From assembly GCF_009914755.1 (NCBI RefSeq), contig NC_060931.1: a stretch of 64,000 bases of DNA, one strand, 5' to 3'. A program made the position numbers and the translations under genes. Below are positions 15,453 through 30,590 of the stretch, one piece after another. Every line of letters begins with the position of its first letter. Positions within the stretch are counted from its first letter, which is position 1. The stretch comes from the human T2T-CHM13v2.0 reference genome, Homo sapiens. The notes below the pieces were generated by a model. It saw only the letters and a list, made by a program, of their open reading frames with translations, did no database searches and had not been told where the DNA came from.

Positions 15453-15755
15453 CGACAGGGCACAGTGGCTCATGCCTGTAATCCTAGCATTTTTGGAGGC
15501 AGAGGCAGGTGGATCATGAGGCCAGGAGTTTGAGACCAGCCTGGCCACTATGGTGAAACCCCTTTTCTACTAAAAAAAAAAAAAAAAAAAAAATTAGCCG
15601 GGCGTGGTGGCACACGCCTGTAGTCCCAAATACTCAGGGGGCTGAAGCAGAAGAATCGCTTGAATCCGGGAAGCAGAGGTTGCAGTGAGCTGAGATGGTG
15701 CACTGCACTCCATTCTGGATGACAGAGTGAGACTCTGTCTCAAAAAATAAAAAAG
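15453..15755 (+). mobile_element. Alu (AluS-like)
   Basis: Full Alu flanked by a gagataaact duplication. Confidence 0.9.
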
Positions 15756-16989
15756 AGAGATAAACTAAATGGATATAAAAAGTTGGAGAAAGAGAATAAA
15801 AAAAGAGAAAAGAGTTAAAAGAGTTATAAAAGGTTTATAGAAGTCTTATATTGTCAAAGTTGATTGAGATTAGATACACCTATTTATAAGGTTTTTCTTA
15901 AAATTAGTTTTAATACTAATCATACAAAAATACAATCATAAAATTTGAGTTTTTCTTTTAAACCAGATTTCTATGAAGAAACAGATACCCTGCAAACCTG
16001 TTGGAAGGAACCATATTAGGTTTTCTTGGCCACTACCTGTGCTGCTAAGTTGAAGGGCAATGTCTTTTAGGATATTTGGTCACCCCTCTATTTATACACA
16101 GCTCCGAAGAAACCCAGCACTGGACAAATTCTCTCAAACTTTTCCCCAAGCTTGGCCACCAATCTGTTTTAGATGAAGACTCCATTTGGAGGAAATCTGC
16201 TAATTATCTGCCTGGCTTTCAGGAAAACAGCTTTATGCATTTTACTGGAAAAATGCTTTTGCCTTGGTGAGTTGTTCCCATGAACACATGACTTAAAATA
16301 TTTTTATAACCTTGGAAAAAATTACAGATGCAACTGTTGTATTCATTGTAGCTCAACAAAAATGCTACTGATTCACTGGCTAAGCTTGTACTAGACAATC
16401 ATATTGCTTTAGGTTATATGCTAGCTGAGCAAAGAGGTGTATGCATAGTGGCAAATACTTCTTTATCATATATATAAAAATATTCCCTATGAAGTAGAAA
16501 TTCATCTAGAAAAAAATGAGTTACCAACTGTCACAAGTTCTCCACCCTGCACAAGAGTGTAACTGGCGTTTTCATGAATGTTTGTAATTCATGTGTTAAT
16601 CTGTAAGTTTCTTGTAGAAATGTATTTATTTTTATGCAGGCATAAAGAGAGAGACATTTTCTCTATTTCTTTTCCAAGGTAGCATTCCCAAAACCAAGTC
16701 CTGCGACTCTGTCTGAAATCATGCTAAAACAGAACAGAACTCAGAATCTTACTACGCTCACTCTGCAAAATAAAAGCAGTACCTGAGAATTTTTAACCAA
16801 TGGAATATGATTTTTTTCTCTCAAATCTACCTGTTTTTCTCTTAGAAAACATTTGTGTTTTTTTATCTTTCAAGCTCTAATGATGAAATACAGTATATGG
16901 TTAATGAAAGGCGGAAGTTGAAATAACTGAACAAATATATTCAAGGTGATGAACACCTGGAGAGGCGGTGCTGACTGGAACACAGACAT

Positions 16990-17564
16990 TTTTTTTTTCA
17001 TTATTATACTTTAAGTTCTAGGGTACATGTGCACAACATGAAGGTTTGTTACATAGGTATATATGTGCCATGTTGGTTTGCTGCACCCATCGACACATCA
17101 TTTACATTAGGTATTTCTCCTAATGCTATCCCTCCCCCAGCCCCCCACCCCCTGACAGGCCCCAGTGTGTGATATTCCCTGCCCTGTGTCCCAGTGTTCT
17201 CATTGTTCAACTCCCACGTGTAAGTGAGAACATGTGGTGTTTGGTTTTCTGTCCTTGTGATAGTTTGCTGAGAATGATGGTTTCCAGCTTCATCCATGTC
17301 CCTGCAAAGGACATGAACTCACCCTTTTTTATGGCTGCCTAGTACTCCATGGTGTATATGTGCCACATTTTCTTTATCCAGTCTATCATTGATGGACATT
17401 TGGTCTGGTTTCAAGTCTTTGCTATTGTGAATAGTGCCACAATAAACATACGTGTGCATGTGTCTTTAGAGTAGCATGATTTATAATCCTTTGGGTGTAT
17501 ATCCAGTAATGGGATTGTTGGGTCAAATGGGATTTCTAGTTCTAGGTCCTTGAGGAATCACCAC
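16990..17564 (-). mobile_element. 5'-truncated L1PA (3' UTR and ORF2 end) with target-site duplication
   Basis: Poly-T + ttattatactttaagttctagggtacatgtgc. TSD actggaacacagacat at 16974-16989 and 17565-17580. Confidence 0.93.
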
Positions 17565-18599
17565 ACTGGAACACAGACATATTGGATTCATGTATCAATC
17601 ACTTGAGAGAATCTCCTCCCCACATCCTGCTCACTAAAGAACTTGATCACCACCTTCTCAGAAGACAATGCACTTGCTCCCTGTGTGTCTGATGTGTATT
17701 TGGCTTTGCAAGTTCATACACTACCTCAATAGGGTGGGTTTTACTTCTACTTAGGGATATTCTCCTTTCACAAGTGTGAGAGAAACAAGAGGGAAAGATG
17801 CATTTGCGCCTTTTCCCCTCAATACCAGCACCTGATTGGCTGACCACCAATATGTCTGCGAGGAATAAAAGCTGGGTCTGAGGGAAAAATTTTTTTAATG
17901 TTTAAGCAGTTAGCTTTTTAGAGGAATGGTATATCAGGAAACTGCTCTCAGCATGAGGACATCCAGCTGCTTCTCTGAGAGGCTCCACCCAATATCTCAG
18001 ACTCTCCTCTGGAAGCTGACAGAAGGACTGATATTTACTAGACACTCCAAGAGACATGGCTCTTGTGGGTATCTTGGGTCATCCCCAGACGGTTGTAGTA
18101 TTCAGAACCAGGAAAAAACAGGACAGTGGCTGAGGACACATCACCCTGCAAAGGTTCCAAAAAGAAACCTTCACCCAGAGATATTCTGGTAAGGTGTGTG
18201 TGCCTAGGGAAAATTAGACGCGCGAAGACTTGTCACAGCAGAGTGTCAGGTGATTACCCTTTGCTTCCCTGTCATGTGAAATGTTCACAAACAGACACAT
18301 ATTTTTAGAAGAGCCATCCACCACGCCGTGAAACAAAAATAAACAATTAAAATGCTGTGTCTGTTTTAAAACTAAATAAAAGACTAATAGTTGATAATGT
18401 TGTGATTTGGAGAAGAACGGTTGGCATTTGGGAATGTGGGAAAGGAATTGGAAAGTTAGAATTTTCCACAGGGCCTAGAACAGTTAGGCTGGGAGAACAG
18501 TCATGGATTTGAGACCCTGCTTGCCATACATTTGAAAAATGCGAGGAAAACCAGGCCCTCTGTGGAGGGTTAAAATAATTCAATAGCTGGCACTTACAC

Positions 18600-18921
18600 T
18601 GAAGTGGCCATGCTGCCCTGGGATTCTTCCTAAGGAAACCTAACTACATCAAAGGAATTTATTGTAAATTACTAACTTTGAGAAAATAAAATTAGGCTTA
18701 ACCAACCACAAGCTGCCAATAAAGCTCTCATTACACGACCAAGACATTTCCACCTGATGGGTGCAAATGCAATATATAACTGTAACCAATCAGATATTGA
18801 ATTTGGTTTTCTTTCTGATGCCCTTTACAAAAACCTTTTTTACAAGACCCTCCTTGGAGCCTCCAAAGAAACCATAACTTGGTGCTCTCTGATTCATAAA
18901 TTGCTGTTTGTGCAAATAAAC
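18600..18921 (+). mobile_element. Probable ERV1-type solo LTR, interrupted by an MST element
   Basis: Starts TGAAG; CCAAT (aaccaatcag) and aataaa placed as in an LTR; family not determined. Confidence 0.4.
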
Positions 18922-19316
18922 TCTATTAATCCGTTCCTGAATTGCTATGAAGAAACACCTCAAACTCGGTAATTGATTAGAAAAGATGTTTAATTGGCTC
19001 ACGGTTCTACAGGCTGTACAGAAAGCAAAACACCAGCATCTACCTCTGGGGAGGCCTCAGGAAGCTTAAAATCATGGTGGAAGGGGAAGCAGGAGCTTGT
19101 AAAGCAGGCAACGGGGGTGCTATACACTTTTAAATGACAAGATCTCCTGAGAACTCACTCACTATTGGGAGGACAGTACCAGGAGGGATGGTGCTAAACT
19201 ATTCAGAAGAAATCCGCACCCACGATCCGATCACCTCCCCCCAGGCTCCACCACCAACATTGGGGATTACATTTCGATGTGAGATTTGGGCGGGGAAACT
19301 CATCCAAACTCTATCA
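18922..19316 (-). mobile_element. MaLR LTR (MSTA/MSTB-like)
   Basis: ggctcacggttctacaggctgtacagaaagc...gagatttgggcggggaaactcatccaaactctatca. Confidence 0.85.
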
Positions 19317-19331
19317 CTGCTTAACATTCTA

Positions 19332-19700
<369 letters not shown>

Positions 19701-19816
19701 TCATCTCTGTCACATTTGTTCACGTGATGACACCACTTGTAGCTAGCTATCCTAAGACCTCAGAGTGATTACAGAGAGCTCACTTCAATTTCTACCCCAA
19801 ATTTCAAATGCGTCTG

Positions 19817-19818
<2 letters not shown>

Positions 19819-19855
<37 letters not shown>

Positions 19856-20056
19856 AATATATATATATAAATATATATATAAATATATATATAAATATAT
19901 ATAAATATATATATAAATACATATATAAATATATATATAAATATATATAAATATATATATAAATACATATATAAATATATATATTAATACATATATAAAT
20001 ATATATATAAATATATATATATAAATATATATATATATAAATATATATATATAAAT

Positions 20057-20103
<47 letters not shown>

Positions 20104-20111
20104 CACATATA
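19819..20111. repeat. (TG)n followed by ~250 bp of interrupted (TA)n
   Basis: Direct reading; explains ORFs 19765, 19785 and 19817. Confidence 0.97.
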
Positions 20112-20271
20112 TTTGGAATAGGCCTCATTTACCTCTCTAAGAAGGACACCATCATCATGTTTAATCTGTCTCCACATCTGCCACAGTGCTGACTGCCTGA
20201 TCTGATGCTCTGGACTATTGCATTATTTTTCTCTCACCTCAATTAAGTGATCAGAATGTGGTATTTAAAAC

Positions 20272-21586
<1,315 letters not shown>

Positions 21587-21657
21587 ACATTCAGTAAATT
21601 TTTATAAATAATAATTTAAAATTCAGAAATTATGGCTTCCAATCACATTCCTATATC

Positions 21658-21987
21658 TTTTTTTGTTTGTTTGTTTGTTTGTTTGTTTGTTTGTTTGTTT
21701 GTTTTTGAGACAGAGTCTCACTTTGTCACCCAGGCTGGAGTGCAGTGGCATTATCTTGGCTCACTATAACCTCCGTCTCCCGGGTTGAAGTGATTCTTCT
21801 GCCTCGGCATCCCAAGTAGCTGGGACTACAGGTGTGCACCACCATGCCTGGCTAATTTTTGTATTTTTAGTACAGACAGGGTTTCACCATATTGGCCAGG
21901 CAGGTCTCGAACTCCTGACCTCTTGATCCACCTGCTTCGGCCTCCCAAAGTGCTGGGATTACAGGTGTGAGCCACTGCACCTGGCCA
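21658..21987 (-). mobile_element. Alu with (TTTG)n tail
   Basis: Full Alu; TSD cacattcctatat. Confidence 0.9.
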
Positions 21988-22739
21988 ACCACATTCCTAT
22001 ATGATCTTTATCATAACTGGCATAATCTTCCTGTAGTTACCAAAAGGTTAAAAAAAATGAAATAAAACTTTTGACAACAATAGTCACCAAATTATTTGTT
22101 TTAAGTTCTCTGAACAAATGATTACTAAATAAGTCATTTCACTGTGTTACTCAATAGTATATTGTTATCTTGATTAAAGAAAATAGTTTAACATTGGTGG
22201 CAGGATACCATTTCATTTATTGCACATCAGTGTCAAAACATTGAAAACCATTTAGTTTATTAATTAAAACTAAGTTCACACATAGTCTAAGTAAGGCATT
22301 CCAAAATCCACTATATTCTTCTTGGTGAAAATACAGTCACAAACACTGAATAAGCATTATTTTTTCTCTGATGTAATTATCTTAGATACTTCCTTTCTCC
22401 ATTTTTAAAGACTAAGGTTAATTATTTAGGAAACATTGATTTAAAACACATTAAAATCCTCTCATGGAGGTGTTATCTTTACTTTTCTCTGGTATCTGTA
22501 ATTTTTTAAAAAATTATCACACTGAATGATATTCAAGACTTTAAACTTTTACTATAATACACTGGTATTTTAATAGACTGGCCAGCTTTTTTATCCTTCA
22601 AGGAGAGATGATTGGTAAAATTATTTATTTCAGAAATTCAGGATTTTTCACTCTTGCTTTAATAGAGAAGAATAACTTCCAGAACACCTCCCTCATGCAG
22701 ACTTTAAGTAAACCACAAAGAGGATCTCTCCTTAAATTT

Positions 22740-23089
<350 letters not shown>

Positions 23090-23865
23090 TGAAGGTTCCA
23101 TGGAGAAATTCATGTAGAATGGCCTCTCCCAGCTCTGATGCAGCAACAGTAGGTCACATGTTTTCATATAAACACTAGGAATGTAGGGACAGGGTCAACT
23201 GAATGGAAAGTTGAATTACATCAATAATAGTTGTTTCTAAAAAAAAAAAAAGCAAATAATGACAATACAAAACGAGTATCCATTGATATATAATTATACC
23301 TGTTCAAATACAAAGCCGTTGCTTCATTGAAACATACAAATAAATTATCTAATTGTTTTGACTTTAGATTAGTCTCTATATTAGATATTCTTGTTTAATG
23401 TAAAGTTTTAAAATTGTAGTGCCTTTGTACTTTCTCGTGGAAATTCTCCGATGTTTATTTAGACTTGATTTTTGAATACTTCCTCACATTTATTGCATCT
23501 GAAAAGTTTCCCTATGGAAGAATTCCGTATGAATTCTGGTTATTTCTAAGGTTTATATTTTAAATCAAACTCCTTCTACATCCATTACGTGTATAGTGTT
23601 TCTCTAGCATGAATTATCTGATGTTGAGTAAAGTGTGAACAATAAAGGCTTTGCCACGTTTTTTACACTGTATTTAAAATAGCGCATAGAAAGCAAATCT
23701 GTTTTATTCATCAAGACAAATTAATAATCTGTTTTCCATTTTAAAGAAAGTGTGACGGTCTTTTTTCCAGCTAGTCGCCATCAGTTATAGAGACAGATCA
23801 GGGTCCCTGAGTGCTGGAAAAGGGGTCCTGTGCCCATTCAGATATCTAAGAAGGTTCTGGTTGGG

Positions 23866-24015
23866 ATTCATTCATTTAACATAGAAATATTAAGCACTTC
23901 ATTTTGTGTGGTTGCTTTTCTAGAACCTTGGCATATTTCAATGACTACAGCATACAGATCTCTGGGCCGCAATTCTGTTCAAGGAGTTAGACACTCCTTG
24001 GGGGAAATACAAAGA
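23866..24015 (-). mobile_element. L2 3' end remnant
   Basis: attcattcatttaacatagaaatattaagcac, similar to the reverse-strand L2 terminus. Confidence 0.5.
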
Positions 24016-25572
24016 CCATGGTTGGGAAGAGGCAGAAAGAACCCTGGGCCTCATGCGTCTTATGATTCCCATGAGAAGGCTGGGGTCTGGGTGTTCTGCA
24101 GAATAAAAGGAGTCAAAGAGAGCTGCGGATGGGCCTCAGGCCCCCTGCCAAGGAGAGAGGAGGCTGGAGCTCCCAGCCAGCCCTCGACAGACCCATCTCC
24201 ATTACAGTCACATCCCAGCTCTGCCTGTCCCCCTCTATCCCACGTCTAAGGGGCCCAGAACTGGAGTTATAATGAGCAGCCTGCTTCTCATAACCCTCCT
24301 TCTGCGGGTGCCATAGACGGGCCTGGGGGGCAGCATGCCTTCCGGTAGTGGAGGGCACCAGTTAAAGATGCTAAGATCCCCTCTCCGCCTTGGGCGTCTC
24401 AGCCTGCACCATTGTGCTCTGCCTGGCTGTGACCCCTGTGGCCAGCGCCTCCTCAAAGCTCCTGGAGAGCAGCAGGTGAAGAAAGACTCAGCCAGCACAA
24501 GGCAAAGGCCTGGGTTCAGCGGGTTGAGGCTTTGAGGAGGCGGAACGGGCGCCTGGGTGGAAAGTGGTTGCCAGGTGTGAGTGGCACTGTGGGGCCAGTG
24601 CCCGGTTTTGCTGCCCCCGCTTCCTGAAGATGGCGGCTGGAGCCACCTGGGTGCAGCAGTTGATGTGGCACCTGCAGGGGCAGAACCGACACCCAACCGT
24701 GGGGACACTGCAGGAAGCCGGCACGGAGACGTCTATCTCCTCTGTCCCCAGGCCCTAGTTTCTGGCCAGCTTTGGCCAAAGCAAGAGGTTGGACTTTGGA
24801 GGGTGAGTGTGAGTGTGTGAGCTCATGTCCAGCCCCCGCCAGTGCTCGGCACAACAAGGTGACACCCTCTAGTGTCACCACTGCCCCCACCCTGCTTTCC
24901 TACCTGGCGAGCTAATGGGTCTCCCCCCCAGGGGTGCTGAACGCAAGGAGGAGGGTAGCGGGCCAATGTCCCAGGGCTGTGGGGCCCCTGGCTGTCAAGG
25001 TCAGGTGGAATGTGGTGGGTCTTCGAGAAGGGTTTGTGGGGTCAGCCGGGGAAGGGTATGCCAACCCTAACCTGCAGGGGTACCATGGTACCCATAATGC
25101 AGTGCCTACAGTACGCGGCCGGGCTAAGCGCTCCGTGAGCCACCTGCTCCTCACATGCGCTCCAGGCTCCAGGCAGTAAGCAGAGAGAAGTGGCCTGGTG
25201 GGCAGCTGCCGGGCACCTGCACCCTGGGGACAGCCAATTCCTAGGGGGACCGAGGCATCCTCATCCCTAGCCTGGCAGCTTTGCAGGAAGGCTGTTGCCT
25301 GACAAGGGAAAGGGGAGGGTCTGGGGAGGGGCAGTGGCCCAGTCAACTTGAGTGATTTCCAAGTGAATGAACTGGGGTCCCGCTGCCTCTGGCTCAGGCT
25401 TGTGGCGGAATCTGCCTGGACCTCAGGGGCTCCAGGCTGCCAGCTGCCTGTCGAGGCTCTAGGCGCCTCCTCCAGACCTCAGATTCCTCAGCTGTCTGAG
25501 AGGACTGATAGGGCATCATATGGCAGGGGTGTTTCAGGATTGGGCCAGATGATCCCCTGTAATCTCTTATTA

Positions 25573-25608
25573 CCCCCTCCCTCCCCTCCACTTTCCTTCA
25601 CCCCGCCT

Positions 25609-25646
<38 letters not shown>

Positions 25647-25648
25647 CC
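25573..25648. repeat. Polypyrimidine tract ending in a ~36-nt poly(T)
   Basis: Direct reading. Confidence 0.9.
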
Positions 25649-28215
25649 TATTCTGAGTTTGTCATGAGACTTTGTGGAATGTCTCTGGTGGGGAGGTAGG
25701 AAAGGTGGAAACCCTTACCCTTGGCTTCAGGATTCCTTCCAGGCACCCCCTCCTCTTAGGCTTTTTTAAAGCACAGACCTAGCACCATTTCCTGTACCTC
25801 AGAGAGCTGCAGAGAACTTCATGTGTTTCCAAAACCAGAACACTTTGATGCTGACTCCAGACCCTTATCTCACCCCAAAACCCAAATGCCTTGGGGCAGC
25901 CAGCTTCAGACAGGAGTGAATTTGATGCTCATTCTCTGGGATTGACCCAAGGCTTATATAATGGAGCACATCTGCCCCCGTGTCTTGGGGGAGTCAACGG
26001 TAGTGACCCAGAACTGTGAACACCATTCCCCACACAGAGCACAGGGAACGCAGCCCTCTCCAGCAGGCTGGCCTGGCCGTGGCCTGATGCACATCAGTCC
26101 TGAGGCAAGAGACCCAAGGCAGGAAATGTCTCTTGTGCATCCCCTTTCACAATGCAGCCATTTAACTGGGGGTGGTGCCTCTGTGGGTCCTCCAGCCTTC
26201 AGAGTGGGATTGTTACCCTGGGCCACCAAGGGAAGCGGAAGCACAGGGCCAGTGGGTGGCAAAGTTAGAGACTCTGTGATTGGGAAATATCACCTTAGAC
26301 CCAGCACGGCCCGTTCAGGACATAGCGCCTCTTGGGCTCCATCCATGGGCTGTTCTTTCCATGGGGCGCTTTGGTTGCAGTCAGCACCCTGTGGGGTGGG
26401 GGTGGAGCACCAGGAGGAGCAAGTGTTATGGGATCCACAGGGGGAAGGAGGGGATATTCCCCCTTTGCCCCACCCTGGGCACAAAAGCTTTGTTCTCTGA
26501 TGTGTGTGGGCATCAGGGCCTGTGTGGGTATGGGTGGGGTTGCCTCTTTTCTTGACCAAGAAAGAACCATTTCTGGGTCTCCTGGGAGGCTTATGGGCAC
26601 TACATGTACCTGGGAGCTGAGTGGAGTGTGTGAGGGCTCTGCAGGACTCTCCCCTGCTGCCTCCTCTCCAGTGGGAGCCAGGCCATGTGCTCTTAGTGCC
26701 GACTCACGCCCAGGCCCACGCTGCCCTTCACTCAGCAGGCCCCTCCCTGACTCCCCCAGCTCAGCTCCTTTTGGGTCTCCTGAGGACCTTGTGGGCCCTG
26801 GGATAGAATCACAGAAGTTGACAGCTCTGCTGCCTGCCTCTGCCTGAAGTCAGAGTCCCTCGTGGGCAGGGTGGGTGGGCAGGTCAGGGCTCAGCTTTTG
26901 GCTGAGTACAGGGTCCTTTTTTCATGCCACACTGATGGAAACACTGGGCAGGGCTGGCCTGGGGGCTGCTCTGTGGCTCCCCTAGTCTGTCACTGGACCA
27001 GGTTGAAGGCAGTATTTGTGCAGATGGCTTCACCTGTTGTCACCATCCAGACACTAGAACCAACTGGCTGTTGCTCTTGGGCCAGGGTCTTGGGCTGAGG
27101 CTGTCATGACCAGCATGTTCTCTGCCATGTGGGGGCCTCAGGCAGCTCCCAGTGCTGAGTGGTCCCCAAAAGACATGATAGCCAGTACTGGAAGGCTGGA
27201 AGTCAGGACAGGAGTACATCTGACTCTGGGGCTTCCAGAAAGCTGGCCCTGAGCTGTGGCCCCTGCAAAAGACAGGCTCCTCCGAGATCATACCACTGCA
27301 CTCCAGCGTGGGTGACAGAGCAAGACTCCGTCTCGATAAATAGATAAATAAAAAAGACAGGCTCTTGTGGATATTTCAGGGGAAAAAAGTGAGTCCTTCT
27401 GGCTGGCAGGATTCTTGTGATCACTGGGCAGGTAGGGCTGGCTTAGGTAGGTCAGGCACAATTGGGCCTGGCAGAGGAGCCAGGGAATGGTGTGGCCAGA
27501 ATGGACAGCTGGACCTTTGAATCTAGGCCATACATAGGCAGAATAACAAGTGATGGTGCAGCCAGCTCAGGCAGGTCTAGGTCAGGGCACCTGCCAGGTA
27601 GGAACATGCACCCCTGCCCCAGACTCCAATCCCAGACCACCTGCCTGCACTGGGCATTGTCTGGTCTCGGCAGAAAGGCCTGGGGGTGATGATCAGGTGG
27701 TGTGTCCCTGGGTCTCAGGCCTCAGTGGCTCCCTAGGAACTGGGCAGTCACTGGGCACCGGCAGGGGCCCAGGGACCACTTGTGTGCATCTGCCCATGGG
27801 TTGTGTTCCCACCCCAGCTTCTCAGCCCTCACTGGGAGAGGCCAGGGCTCCCTGCCTGCTCTGTTTCCAGCTCTGACCCCTCACCTGGTGACTCTGATGA
27901 CTTCCTCACTCCAGCCTGGGTCCTCCTCTGTTAGACACGGGTCCCAGGCTTCCTGCAGACAGAAACCGACCACCAGCCACACCTTGTGGGCCCACCTGGA
28001 CCTCGTTACCCCACTGACCAGTGAGACCCAACTGGCCAGTACTGGTGTCCTATTTGTATACTGCCCTTTTACCCGGTGTGTTTTCTGTAATGACTGCTGT
28101 GTGGAGCGTCCATATAAGTGCAGAATACAGCATGTCCTCTATCCCACAGAGCCCCCACCATGGTCCCCCTGGGGATGGTCATGCCTTGCTCAACTTGGTG
28201 TAAATGGCTGCTGTT

Positions 28216-28877
<662 letters not shown>

Positions 28878-28957
28878 TCATCTCCTCCTCTGAGCTTCAT
28901 TTCTGCCAGAGGTCATCAAGGTGCAGCCTGTCCCTGCCTGCTTTCCTGTCTCCCATG

Positions 28958-29215
28958 AGCCAAGGATGAATTTTACATTTCCAAATGGTCGAACAAACCA
29001 AAAGAAGAATCATACTTGATGTTTTGAAATTGGAGTTTTCAGTGCCTGTAAGGAAAGTTCTATGAGATTGCAGCCATGCACCTTCATTCCCAGGTTGTCT
29101 GCGGGAGGCTGCTGTCACGCTGCAACTGCAGATTTGAGTCATTGCAATTGACATGGGTTGGCAAAGCTGCAAATACTGAACCCTAGCCATTTTGAGGAAG
29201 AGTTTTTAGACGCTG
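28958..29215 (+). mobile_element. hAT-Charlie DNA transposon remnant (MER58B-like)
   Basis: ttttacatttccaaatggtcgaacaaaccaaaagaagaat...cagccatgcac...gcaaagctgcaaatac. Confidence 0.6.
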
Positions 29216-30359
29216 GTTTGAGAATTCTCTGGTGGGACTCCAGGCTCTGGGTCAGAGTCTTCCCCACTCAGGGCTGCTTTGACCTTCACTGGGGTGTCTG
29301 CCAAGTGGGGGTGCCATTTGCCTGTTGTGCAGGTGTTAAGCCCCAGAGCATCAAATATTGGGGTGCCTGCCTCATGCTCACCCACATCACCTGCAGAGGT
29401 CCTGGGATCTAATCCCAACCAGCAGGAGCAATTGGTCTTTGGTAACAGAGACACCATGGAGCTAAGTTGCCACCCACATCGAGGTTGTTCCCTGGGGCTC
29501 ACTCTCTAGGTCAAGGATGGTACAGGGCTGATGTCCTGAATCACATTCTGGTGGAGCCTCAGACACTACAGGTGCTGGATGAGCTGCTGGCCTGCTGGGA
29601 TAGGGGCGGCCGCTGGCAGAAATGGTTGTAGCTGCAGGACATTAAGGCAGCTGTGAGGCTACCAGGAGTCACACCTCAGGTCTCCCTCCCGGTACCTGCC
29701 CAGCTGGAATATTTGTGCCCCAGGGGTCACTATGCAACAGGACCTGACACTGGCCAGGGAGCTATGGCCACAGGCTCTCTGTAGCTGGCCACAAAAAAGT
29801 CTTTTCCTCCCCTCTGCTAATTTACTGGGTCCTCTTCTCTCATTCTCACTTAACCACTTCATTGTCTGAAAGCAGACCCAAAATTGCTCCTTGGGCTGAA
29901 AATAGTCATTTTTTCCAGCCACCTGGAGTGGCTACATCTCCTGGAGAACTTTGATTTTCTAGACACAGAGGGAAGGACAGGATACTCACAGGGCCTGGGT
30001 GGAAGATGCTCAAGGGGCCTTGTGGGGAAGGGAGGGAGCAGGGACCCAGCCTCTTGGGGCCTTTCTCTTAAGAGGCTCCTTCCTCTCCTCCAATCCCATG
30101 CCGCCCCAGTCTGTTCTCAGAGTTAGATACAAGCAGTCCTCCTCCAAAGATTGGTCCTTGATTTCCGTCCCCTATTCACACACTTTATTGAGATGGGTCT
30201 CCTCTTTCTCTGTGTGTCAAACCCTCCCAATATATCTAAAATGAAGAGAATGGAGCCAGGCAGTGTGCTGCCCAGGGAATCCTCTAACCCCTGGCCCGTG
30301 GATAAACCCCATCCCCACTCCCTCTCATGCTGCACTACCACCAGCGCCACCAGGGTCAG

Positions 30360-30590
30360 GTGTTGGTATCAGGATGATGCAGGCCTCACTAAATGAGTTA
30401 GGGAGGAGTCCCTCTTTGTCAATTGTTTGGAATACTTTCAGAAGAGAAATGGTACCAGCTCCTCTTTGTACCTCTGGTAGAATTAGGCTGTGAAAACATC
30501 TGGTCCTGGGTTTTTCTGGTTAGCAGGCTATTTATTACTGCCTCAATTTTAGAACTTGTCATTGGCTTATTCAAAGGTTCAACTTCTTTC
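30360..30590 (-). mobile_element. Internal L1 ORF2 fragment
   Basis: Encodes EVEPLNKPMTSSKIEAVINSL, homologous to 6060-6300 in this window; no tail or TSD. Confidence 0.85.

Noticed and set aside
19765-20177. YI/IY-rich ORFs
   Set aside because: Translation of the (TA)n microsatellite
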